A stretch of DNA of 32,000 bases, taken from Candidatus Nanoarchaeia archaeon. Lineage in GTDB: Archaea > Nanobdellota > Nanobdellia > Woesearchaeales > JANQNC01. The translations under genes and the position numbers were made by a program. Below, one piece after another: positions 1-7,998 of this stretch. How positions within the stretch are numbered: the stretch's first letter is position 1; each line of letters opens with the position of its first letter. The notes below the pieces were generated by a model that ran no database searches, was not told the DNA's origin, and saw only the letters and a program-made list of their open reading frames with translations. The stretch is taken from NCBI GenBank assembly GCA_028279745.1, contig JANQNC010000001.1:150001-182000 (forward strand), written 5' to 3'.

Positions 1-2
1 AT

Positions 3-2099
3 TTGGTCAATATTACTTCACCATTAGCTTCAGAAGTTGTAAATGAAACAGTAAATGTAACATTTGATGTTGATTCATCATTATTGCCTTACGATGCACA
101 CCTAGCGATAGACGGAGGAGATTGGATCAACTGTTCAGGAGATTATTGTGAATGGGATACAACCTCAGAAGACGATGGGGAACACATAATACAACTCAAC
201 GATCCAAATCAACAATCTGCAGAATCAAGAATAAGATTAATACTTGTTAATAACTTAGGAACAACAATGCCTAATGGTTCTATCTTTATCAACAATACAT
301 TAGATAATGCTTACGAGATTGCAGATGAAAATAAAACAACATCGCGATCAGTTGTTCTTAACCTTAATTACTTAGATGATTATCTAAAAGATTGTAGATA
401 TGCAAATGAAAATGTTTCAAACTTTGGAAGTTATGAAACATGTGTAACAGAAAAGAGCTGGGTGTTAAGTGAAGGAGCAGGAAATAAAACAGTCTTTTAT
501 GAAATAAGGAATTTAGCTGATGTTTCAATAGTGTTAAATGATACAATAGAATTAGAAGGCAATCCCCCAACAACACCTGTAATAGACAGTTCACATGTTG
601 AGGGTGCGTTCTCTAATGTTAATAATGTAAGCTTTAACTGGACATCAACAGATGCAGAATCACTAGTTGTGTTGTATAGCTTCACATTGGATCAAAATAA
701 TGAGACTGAGCCAGCAACTGCTTTATCTTCTGCAACAGATGTAGATTATGTGAATTTGCCAGACGGAGATTATTGGTTCCACGTTAAAGCATATGATGAG
801 GCAGGAAATCCAAGCGGTACTGCACACTACAATGTAAAAATAAGCACGGGAGTTGGAGGAGGAGACATAATACTATTCGGAGCACCAAGCTATACAAACT
901 CTGCGTTTAATGTAAGTGGAGCAGTAAGTTCGGGATTAGGAAACGTAACAGTTAACCTTTACAGTAATGGAACATTATCAGGAACTACTGTGTTGAGTAA
1001 CATTGAAGGAGGATTTGAATTCACTTCAATAGACTTCATCGGAGACGGAGCTTATACCTTATGGGCAAACGCAACAGACAACGCATCAAACGAATACATG
1101 TCAAATGTTTTAGTTGTAAACTATGATACAGATGCTCCAGACATAACTGTGATAAGTCCTGGAGGATCACTGGGGCCAGGATCAATACCATTTATCTCAG
1201 TAGTCACAGATGAAGATGCATACTGTGAATATGACGGAGGAGAGGGTTATTTGAAATTCCAAGTAACAAACAACACAAGATTCCACGAGACAATCCTAGA
1301 AACAGATGGAAGTTATGATGTGAGGTGTACAGATCTGGCAGGAAATTCAGATGAGGACACAAATGCTGTTTCTTATTCAACAGGATGTTCACTATCTTCC
1401 TTCAGTATTCCTTCAACAATACTAGGAAATGCTGGAGAGACAGTTAACTTCACAGCGTCAGGAATAGGTTGTGCGGCAGTACACCATGCACGGTTTGGGA
1501 TGACATTGAATAATGTTCCCGTAGATGTAAGTGCTAGACAAACTGCAGGAACAGATTATCTTATACAATTCCAAGCACCGACTGTACAAGATGAATATGC
1601 TCTTGTGTTAACAGTTAATGACATAAGTGATTCAGGAACCCTTGACACCACAGAAGGCGCATCAGAAAGCGTAAACCTAGAAGTAACTTATGATGGGGGA
1701 TTAGATGACAGTTCAAACCACATAGTATACGCATCAGAAAATGACTATACTGTGGGGATAGCATCAGACTCAGGCAACACTGAAACAGATGAAGGCGGAA
1801 ATAAGATAACAACAAACCCCTCAGACGGCTCAGTCTACATATTTGTAACGGAACCAGGAGCAAATGTTGAAAATAGAGAAAGAAACTTGGAAGAAAAAGA
1901 ATTCATAGACTTCCAGAACCCAAGCTTCGGTTATAATATCAAAAAAGGAAAATACACAGTACAAGCATCAATCAATTATGACGACATACAGATAGAAGGA
2001 GATCCAGTGCTGTATGATGGAACCTACACAGTTGTAATCAAAAACAAAGGAATAAATCAGACAACAGGCAAAGTGATGGTGGAGTTAAAGATAATATGA
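3..2099 (+). CDS. Large secreted/cell-surface glycoprotein with Ig-like/FN3-like repeats (5' end outside window); candidate pilus-associated adhesin
   Basis: The ORF is open to the window edge, so no start is visible. It carries about 20 N-x-S/T sequons. It has repeated beta-rich modules with Ig-like surface-domain signatures (DGDYWFHVKAYDEAGNPSG, DTDAPDITVISPG, YDVRCTDLAGNSD). Its stop overlaps the next ATG (ATATGA at 2094-2099). Confidence 0.6.
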   Translation: MVNITSPLASEVVNETVNVTFDVDSSLLPYDAHLAIDGGDWINCSGDYCEWDTTSEDDGEHIIQLNDPNQQSAESRIRLILVNNLGTTMPNGSIFINNTLDNAYEIADENKTTSRSVVLNLNYLDDYLKDCRYANENVSNFGSYETCVTEKSWVLSEGAGNKTVFYEIRNLADVSIVLNDTIELEGNPPTTPVIDSSHVEGAFSNVNNVSFNWTSTDAESLVVLYSFTLDQNNETEPATALSSATDVDYVNLPDGDYWFHVKAYDEAGNPSGTAHYNVKISTGVGGGDIILFGAPSYTNSAFNVSGAVSSGLGNVTVNLYSNGTLSGTTVLSNIEGGFEFTSIDFIGDGAYTLWANATDNASNEYMSNVLVVNYDTDAPDITVISPGGSLGPGSIPFISVVTDEDAYCEYDGGEGYLKFQVTNNTRFHETILETDGSYDVRCTDLAGNSDEDTNAVSYSTGCSLSSFSIPSTILGNAGETVNFTASGIGCAAVHHARFGMTLNNVPVDVSARQTAGTDYLIQFQAPTVQDEYALVLTVNDISDSGTLDTTEGASESVNLEVTYDGGLDDSSNHIVYASENDYTVGIASDSGNTETDEGGNKITTNPSDGSVYIFVTEPGANVENRERNLEEKEFIDFQNPSFGYNIKKGKYTVQASINYDDIQIEGDPVLYDGTYTVVIKNKGINQTTGKVMVELKII

Positions 2100-2623
2100 A
2101 GAAAGGACAGTTTTACATATTAGCAGCTGTAATACTGTTGGCAATAACATTTACAGTTTTTGCATTATCAAGCAAAAGCAATGTGTTTACAAAAAATGAA
2201 GATACATTTGAGGAACTACATGAAAACTATGTAAGAGAAGTATCAGAGGTTATCAATAACATGATATATGAAAAAAATCAGGCGGATTTGGAAGAAATTG
2301 ATTTAGATAAGTTGGAAGATTTTACTTCTCAGTTCATGAATTATGCTAAAACAAGAAGCCCCTCATTTTCATTAGTGTATATGTTCAGCTATCATGAAGA
2401 TGTGAGAGTAGCAAATCATTTTGATGAAACAATAGTTGTTTCAGTTTCAGGTGTTAATAGTACAGTTGAAGCGGGAGAACTTGTTGATTTAGAAACATCT
2501 GATATTTATGTTGTTTACGCGTTTGATAATATGTATGAGCTTGAAAGAGATCAAGACATTGATTTCAGTGCAATATTCAGATCAGAAAGAGGAAACGAGG
2601 TGAGGATATTTGTACATGAATAA
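2096..2623 (+). CDS. Pilin-like protein with class III (type IV prepilin-type) signal peptide
   Basis: The N-terminus is MKKGQ-FYILAAVILLAITFTVFAL: basic residues, Gly at -1, Gln at +1, then about 20 hydrophobic residues. The start is coupled to the upstream stop. Confidence 0.55.
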   Translation: MKKGQFYILAAVILLAITFTVFALSSKSNVFTKNEDTFEELHENYVREVSEVINNMIYEKNQADLEEIDLDKLEDFTSQFMNYAKTRSPSFSLVYMFSYHEDVRVANHFDETIVVSVSGVNSTVEAGELVDLETSDIYVVYAFDNMYELERDQDIDFSAIFRSERGNEVRIFVHE

Positions 2624-3071
2624 ATCAGGGCAAGCTATCTGGGTGAGTTTTGTCATTTTAGTTGCGTTTGCAGTAGCGTTAGGAGTTTTGATAGGGCAAC
2701 AGATGATCGAAAGCAGCCAAAGAAGTTCAGAACAGATCAAAGAATACGTATATGACACTCAGGAGTGCTCAGGAGTCGGAATTAATATACAAGATATATG
2801 TCAAAATCCGCAAGTTTTAAATATGGAAGTAGCCAATATCAGAAACGTAAAAGTCGAGGAGCTATTTATAAAGATATTTGATGGCTCGGGCGATGCAGAG
2901 ACAAAAACAGTAACACTTTCAATAGTGCCTGGAGATGAAAACACATTATCAATAGGAAAAAGCAGAATTGCAGACAGAGTGGAAATAATGCCTGTAATAC
3001 ATGTTGAAGACCAAGTCATAATGTGTAGAGAAAGACTGGCAGAACAGGATTACATTCAAGATTGCGAATAA
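2616..3071 (+). CDS. Pilin-like protein with class III signal peptide
   Basis: The N-terminus is MNKSGQ-AIWVSFVILVAFAVALGVLIG. GAGGTGAGG lies about 10 nt upstream of ATG 2616. The ORF track starts at TTG 2610, but the ATG is preferred. Confidence 0.55.
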   Translation: MNKSGQAIWVSFVILVAFAVALGVLIGQQMIESSQRSSEQIKEYVYDTQECSGVGINIQDICQNPQVLNMEVANIRNVKVEELFIKIFDGSGDAETKTVTLSIVPGDENTLSIGKSRIADRVEIMPVIHVEDQVIMCRERLAEQDYIQDCE

Positions 3072-3096
3072 TAAATAAAAAGAGGGTGATAATACA

Positions 3097-3660
3097 ATGG
3101 TAAAACGGATGAACAAAAAAGCGGTTTCTCCCCTTATTGCAACAGTATTGCTAATAGCTTTCGCAGTAGCGTTAGGAGCAATAGTGATGAACTGGGGAAG
3201 AACATACATAGGAGACACGCAAGACTTTGCGAGAGAAGGATCAGAAGGATTAGTAACATGTAGTTCTTCGGTGGATTTGGAACTTAAAATACTAAAATCA
3301 AGCGTGGATTTTGAAGGAGGAGACGAAGTACAAGAAGTTAACTTATCTCTGGAGAACAAGGGAGGGTTAGACTTACCACAATTTATTGTCAAATTGTTTG
3401 ATGATAATAGTGGAGAAGGAGTTGCAATACTATACAACCAAACCTTCAAGAAACACAGAACTAAAAAATTCAGCTTCAATAATGAAAACTCAAACGACTC
3501 ACTGATGATAGACGATGTTGACAACATAAAAAACATCACTAGAATAACAACAATACCATTCATAGAAATAGAAGGTGTTGACGACCCAATCGGATGTGAA
3601 AACAGAGAGAACATAGCAAAAGCTTCAGACGACGACATAAATTACGTAGACATAAGTTGA
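3097..3660 (+). CDS. Archaeal type IV pilin (Pilin_N-type N-terminal domain)
   Basis: MVKRMNKKA-VSPLIATVLLIAFAVALGAIVMNW is the classic archaeal pilin N-terminus: a basic stretch, a small residue, then the SP-IATVLL hydrophobic helix. An AGAGGGTGA SD lies upstream. The globular part carries sequons. Confidence 0.8.
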   Translation: MVKRMNKKAVSPLIATVLLIAFAVALGAIVMNWGRTYIGDTQDFAREGSEGLVTCSSSVDLELKILKSSVDFEGGDEVQEVNLSLENKGGLDLPQFIVKLFDDNSGEGVAILYNQTFKKHRTKKFSFNNENSNDSLMIDDVDNIKNITRITTIPFIEIEGVDDPIGCENRENIAKASDDDINYVDIS

Positions 3661-3672
3661 GGTAATTGACAA

Positions 3673-3966
3673 ATGCCTATCTCTGCAGCTAAAAAGCAGC
3701 TAATATATCTGGAGTTAGAACGAGCTCATTTCAATGCATCAAATGCAGTTGCTGTGTTTAACAGAGCAACAATAATGTATTTTATCCTCTTAGTATTCGC
3801 AATATTCGGGATAGCAAACAGATATATCACAAAGCCAATGCTTAATGCGCTGATAACACTGGGCATGTTAATTCTATTGACTGGAGCAATCCCTTACTTC
3901 AAGAACATATCACAAGAGACAAAGACAATAAATAAGCTAATAAAAACGGTAAAATCAAAAAAATGA
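3673..3966 (+). CDS. Small two-TM membrane protein, paralog of 4558-4857; unknown function
   Basis: It has a charged N-terminal helix followed by two hydrophobic spans (IMYFILLVFAIFGIA, LITLGMLILLTGAI). A TGAGGTAA SD lies upstream. It is clearly similar to the 99-aa product of 4558-4857. Confidence 0.5.
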   Translation: MPISAAKKQLIYLELERAHFNASNAVAVFNRATIMYFILLVFAIFGIANRYITKPMLNALITLGMLILLTGAIPYFKNISQETKTINKLIKTVKSKK

Positions 3967-4556
3967 CTACGCAAAAAATGAGATTTTTTGGTATCAAGAA
4001 AAGCAGTGCTTTTCTTGCGAATAAAAAAGGTATAGCGCCACTGATAGCAACAGTATTACTGGTTGCGTTCGCAGTAGCAATCGCAGCAATCGTAATGGAC
4101 TGGAACAGAAACTATGTACAAGACACATCAGACACAGCAAGAATAGAATCAGAGCTAAAAGTAACATGCAACCTAAACCTAGGATTGGGTATAGAGGATG
4201 TTCATGGAGAACAACAGATCTGCTTTGTGAATGAAACAGAAAGGATCAAAGTTGTACTAGAAAATTCAAGAAGAACAAAAATAGAAGATGTTCAGATAAG
4301 AGTATCAACAAATGAGTCAGTGTATGGACCTTATTCTTTAGATAGCGTACACTCAGTTGATGGAATGCTTCCAATAGAGGGTGGAGAAGCAGTTGTTGCA
4401 TACCTAAACATAACAGAACCAGCAGGATCAAACGAGACAATAGAAGGCAATATAGAAAAAGTAACCTTCTTCCCAGGAATAGAAGTTGAAAACAAAATAC
4501 GATTATGTGTGGAGTCAAGCATAAATGTAGAAGGCCCATTGGAAGAGTGCGAATAA
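3963..4556 (+). CDS. Archaeal type IV pilin (Pilin_N-type N-terminal domain)
   Basis: ...NKKG-IAPLIATVLLVAFAVAIAAIVMDW is paralogous to the N-terminus of 3097-3660. It has an ATGA start/stop overlap with the upstream gene. A later in-frame Met (MRFFG...) is also possible. Confidence 0.8.
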   Translation: MTTQKMRFFGIKKSSAFLANKKGIAPLIATVLLVAFAVAIAAIVMDWNRNYVQDTSDTARIESELKVTCNLNLGLGIEDVHGEQQICFVNETERIKVVLENSRRTKIEDVQIRVSTNESVYGPYSLDSVHSVDGMLPIEGGEAVVAYLNITEPAGSNETIEGNIEKVTFFPGIEVENKIRLCVESSINVEGPLEECE

Positions 4557-4557
4557 G

Positions 4558-4857
4558 ATGAAAAAGAAAAAATTAACACAAAAAGATCTATTGTTAATGG
4601 AACTTAACCTAGAGAAAGTAAAACTAGACAGACAAAAAGCAGTGATAGCATTAGATAAATCATTATTCCTTTACTTCACATTTTTATTTGTAGCAGTAAT
4701 GGGTTTCATAAACGGTTTAGCAGACTTAAATGCGCTAAATGCGTTAGTGGTGTTGGGGATAGCTGTACTGATAGTGGGATCAATACCTTACTTAAGGTAC
4801 ACGATTAAACAAAAAAACATGCTAGACGAGCTAATAAACACACTGAAACATGGTTAA
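4558..4857 (+). CDS. Small two-TM membrane protein, paralog of 3673-3966; unknown function
   Basis: It starts 1 nt after the pilin stop. Its two hydrophobic spans (LFLYFTFLFVAVMGFI, LVVLGIAVLIVGSI) align with the 97-aa paralog. Confidence 0.5.
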   Translation: MKKKKLTQKDLLLMELNLEKVKLDRQKAVIALDKSLFLYFTFLFVAVMGFINGLADLNALNALVVLGIAVLIVGSIPYLRYTIKQKNMLDELINTLKHG

Positions 4858-4875
4858 AAACATCAGGACATCAAT

Positions 4876-5562
4876 ATGGAAAGAAAAGGTCAAGTATGGA
4901 TATCAGCAACTATATACACTTTAGTGATAATCACTGCACTAGTCATAATTCTCGCAGCCACGCAACCATTAATCGATAGGATGAGAGATAAAGCAGCAGT
5001 CCAAAAACAAAAAGAGACGATGACAGCACTAGACAACCAGATAAGCGGAATAGCTGCTGAAGGACCAGGATCACAAAGAGTAATCCCAATAGATATAATG
5101 GACGGACAGATAGTCGTTGCAAATGATGGATTGGTGTACAATGTAGAGACTGACTCCAAAGTTGTAGAGCCAAGAAGCCAAGTAGAACTTGGAAACTTAA
5201 AATTAAGCTCAGGTACAGATGTAAATGCATATGAAGACGGAGATTTTGTTTTAGAAAATAGCAAGATCCGAGTTACATTCATCAATACAGATTATTTGAA
5301 TGATACAGAAGAGATCATAAAAGAACTATTGTTATTATCAACAAACGGCACAGTAACAGATGTATTCACATTTGACATAGGAGACGGAAGTAGTTTAGAA
5401 GAAGGATCATACACCTTACTGGAACAAGAAGGAACATCATTGGGAACTGCATCAGTAAAAGCTTTTTGCAACCAAACAAACTTCGAGTATGATCTTGTGT
5501 TTACTTTAGACAGTGAAGCAGACTTCATAAGAGCAGACATAGAAAACCTAGTGAGAAAATAA
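4876..5562 (+). CDS. Pilin-like protein with class III signal peptide
   Basis: The N-terminus is MERKGQ-VWISATIYTLVIITALVIILAA. It lies in the same operon directly upstream of the ATPase. Confidence 0.55.
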   Translation: MERKGQVWISATIYTLVIITALVIILAATQPLIDRMRDKAAVQKQKETMTALDNQISGIAAEGPGSQRVIPIDIMDGQIVVANDGLVYNVETDSKVVEPRSQVELGNLKLSSGTDVNAYEDGDFVLENSKIRVTFINTDYLNDTEEIIKELLLLSTNGTVTDVFTFDIGDGSSLEEGSYTLLEQEGTSLGTASVKAFCNQTNFEYDLVFTLDSEADFIRADIENLVRK

Positions 5563-5564
5563 AG

Positions 5565-7802
5565 ATGGAAATGCCAAAACCCCCAGAAAAATTCAGAAAA
5601 AAAGAAGCAGAATTTGGAGGAAGAACCGCATCTTCAGTAGTTGAATCACTAAAAGAAAAAGCTAAAGGTCTTGTAGAAACAGAAGAGATACAACCAGGAC
5701 AAGATTTGAGCAATGCAGATATTTCTAACCTAAAATTCCCAGACGAGATTGACATAGGCGAACCAGACTTAAAATTACCTGATGAAGTTGGCGTGGAGCC
5801 TGAGCCAGCAGAAGAAGAACCCAAGAAAAAGCTAGAAATGCCTGCAATGCCAGCAAGATTCAAGAAATTCAAGAAAGAGAAATTTATTGACACTTCACTT
5901 AAAGAAGGGCAGATTAAAGCAGAGACTGAAGCTGTTAAACCAGAAGAAGTTTATGTTAAACCAAAACCAGTTGTTAAAGAAGAACCTAAGGTTGAGCCAA
6001 ATGTTGAAAAACCTAAAGTTGAAGAGAAAAAAGTTGAAGTTGTTGAAAAGCCTAAAGAAGAGATAAAACCTGTTGAAGAAAAACCAGTACCAAAACTAAC
6101 ACCAAGACCAGAAGTTAAAGAGGTTAAACCTGAAGTTCCAAAAGTTGAAGAACAAGAAGAAGTACAGATAGAACTTCCAGACAGTAAGCCTGAGCTAACA
6201 GAAGCAAAACCTCAAGTTGAGGAAGCAAAAGAAGAAAAACTAAAGGTTTCAATGGAAGAAGAGATACCATTCAAGATAGACCTACGACCAAAATTCATAA
6301 AACTACCAGAAATAAAAGACAAGACAGAAATCAACATAAAATATCCATTAGTAAGCCCTTATGCTTATGCCCACATATTCTGGAACGTAAAAACAAAGGA
6401 ACTAATCTATTATGTTGAAGAACCAGTAATGAACAAAGAAGAACAAGAACTGATGAGCTTAGTGAAAGTTGCGCTAGAAGAGATGATCAATGTAGGATTT
6501 TACAATGCATCAAACGCAGAGTTTGTATCAAAATACCTACAGATGAATGTTCAAGCAATCCTAATAGAGCTAAATGTCAAGATAACAGATAAAACATATC
6601 AAAAACTAATGTACTATATCTATAGAGACTTTGTAGGAATGAACGAGATAGACTCATTATTGCGAGATTACTACATAGAAGACATAGAATGCAACGGATT
6701 TGGGTACCCAATCTACATAGTTCACAGAAAGTATGGAAACTTAAGAACAAACTTAATCTATGAAAGCGCTGATCAGTTGGCAGACTTTGTAGAGAAACTA
6801 GCGCAAAAGACAGGAAGATATGTGAGCTTTGCACAACCATTACTAGATGGAGCCTTACCAGACGGATCAAGGGTGAATGCAACATATACTAAAGATATAA
6901 CTACTCGTGGGCCAACTTTTACGATAAGAAAATTCACAGAAGAACCATGGACACCTGTGCATCTAATAGGATTCAACACAGCAACAGCAGAAGTATTTGC
7001 ATTCTTATGGTTAGCAGTAGAACATAAATTTAACGTGATGGTAATAGGCGAGACAGGATCAGGAAAAACAACATTCCTTAACACCATATTACACTTCATA
7101 CCGTCAGAATCAAGAGTTTGTTCAGTAGAAGATACAAGAGAACTTAACCTGATGCATGATAACTGGCTGCCAGCAGTACAAAGATTAGGGTTTGGCATAC
7201 CAAACTTAGCAGGAGAAAAATACGGCGAAGTAAGCATGTTTGACTTACTAAAAGAAACATTCAGACAAAATCCTGATTACATGGTTGTAGGGGAAGTAAG
7301 AGGAAAAGAAGCATACGTACTATTCCAAGGGATGGCATCAGGACATCCAAGCTTCGGAACATTCCACGCTGGAAATGTAGAAGCCATGATAAGGAGATTA
7401 CAAACACCACCAATCAATCTATCTGCTAGCCTAGTAGAGACAATGGATATAGTTTGTATGGTAACACACGTAAAAACAGCAGACAAGAACATGAGAAGAT
7501 TAAGAGAGATAACAGAGATAAAACAAGTAAAAGAATCAATGGGTGAATTTGATGGAAATAATATCTTTGAGTGGGATGCATCATCAGACAAAATAACCTT
7601 CAACAACAAATCAGTAGTATTTGAAAAAATAACAAAAAGAGTTGGGATAACTCAAGCACAACTAGAAAAAGAGTTTAAAATAAGAACAGAACTGCTTAAA
7701 AAATTACAAGAAAAAGGAATGACAAACTTCAGACAATTTAACGAGATAGTAAACAGCTACTATAAAGATCCAAAATCAGTAATAAAACAACTCGGACTAT
7801 AA
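5565..7802 (+). CDS. Type IV pilus/archaellum-family secretion ATPase (GspE/FlaI/PilB-type) with long P/E/V/K-rich N-terminal extension
   Basis: The C-terminal roughly 510 aa carry Walker A GETGSGKTT (7047-7073), PDYMVVGEVRGKEAY (Walker B/Asp-box region) and GHPSFGTFHA (His box). They also carry the archaeal N-domain pattern YPLVSPYAYAHIFW...YYVEEP. The N-terminal roughly 230 aa are low complexity. Confidence 0.9.
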   Translation: MEMPKPPEKFRKKEAEFGGRTASSVVESLKEKAKGLVETEEIQPGQDLSNADISNLKFPDEIDIGEPDLKLPDEVGVEPEPAEEEPKKKLEMPAMPARFKKFKKEKFIDTSLKEGQIKAETEAVKPEEVYVKPKPVVKEEPKVEPNVEKPKVEEKKVEVVEKPKEEIKPVEEKPVPKLTPRPEVKEVKPEVPKVEEQEEVQIELPDSKPELTEAKPQVEEAKEEKLKVSMEEEIPFKIDLRPKFIKLPEIKDKTEINIKYPLVSPYAYAHIFWNVKTKELIYYVEEPVMNKEEQELMSLVKVALEEMINVGFYNASNAEFVSKYLQMNVQAILIELNVKITDKTYQKLMYYIYRDFVGMNEIDSLLRDYYIEDIECNGFGYPIYIVHRKYGNLRTNLIYESADQLADFVEKLAQKTGRYVSFAQPLLDGALPDGSRVNATYTKDITTRGPTFTIRKFTEEPWTPVHLIGFNTATAEVFAFLWLAVEHKFNVMVIGETGSGKTTFLNTILHFIPSESRVCSVEDTRELNLMHDNWLPAVQRLGFGIPNLAGEKYGEVSMFDLLKETFRQNPDYMVVGEVRGKEAYVLFQGMASGHPSFGTFHAGNVEAMIRRLQTPPINLSASLVETMDIVCMVTHVKTADKNMRRLREITEIKQVKESMGEFDGNNIFEWDASSDKITFNNKSVVFEKITKRVGITQAQLEKEFKIRTELLKKLQEKGMTNFRQFNEIVNSYYKDPKSVIKQLGL

Positions 7803-7815
7803 GTGAGGGGGTTCA

Positions 7816-7998
7816 ATGAAATTACAACAGTTGAAACAGACAATTAGGTCACTAAACGCATCAATAGACTACTATTCTGAACTAATCAATAAAGAACAGA
7901 CTACAAAAACAGGAATAAAAGACGCAAAGTTGAAGATTAAGTTTGCAAAACAAAAAATTCTGATGCTGTGTATGGAAATAGAGAAAAACATAAAATGA
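7816..7998 (+). CDS. Small K-rich coiled-coil protein, unknown function
   Basis: This is a 60-aa ORF with a GTGAGGGGG SD upstream. Its stop forms an ATGA overlap with ATG 7995 of the next gene. No homology was recognised. Confidence 0.35.
   Translation: MKLQQLKQTIRSLNASIDYYSELINKEQTTKTGIKDAKLKIKFAKQKILMLCMEIEKNIK

Noticed and set aside
2949-3638. 229-aa minus-strand ORF
   Set aside because: It lies antisense across two pilin-like genes whose products have clear class III signal peptides. The translation is S/F/L-rich shadow sequence.
4890-5285. 131-aa and 95-aa minus-strand ORFs (with the similar 5292-5540 and 5525-5893 ORFs)
   Set aside because: These are antisense shadows of the pilin-like gene at 4876-5562 and of the ATPase N-terminal low-complexity region. 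They carry no independent signals.
5900-6250. Periodic GTTGAA / AAACCT-type DNA repeats that might suggest a repeat array or CRISPR
   Set aside because: The periodicity is irregular and lies in frame within the ATPase ORF. It encodes PEVK-like low complexity. There are no unique spacers of constant length and no cas genes.
6577-7609. Minus-strand ORFs of 102, 154 and 110 aa inside the ATPase gene
   Set aside because: The plus-strand frame carries unmistakable Walker A and B and His-box motifs, so the antisense frames are incidental.
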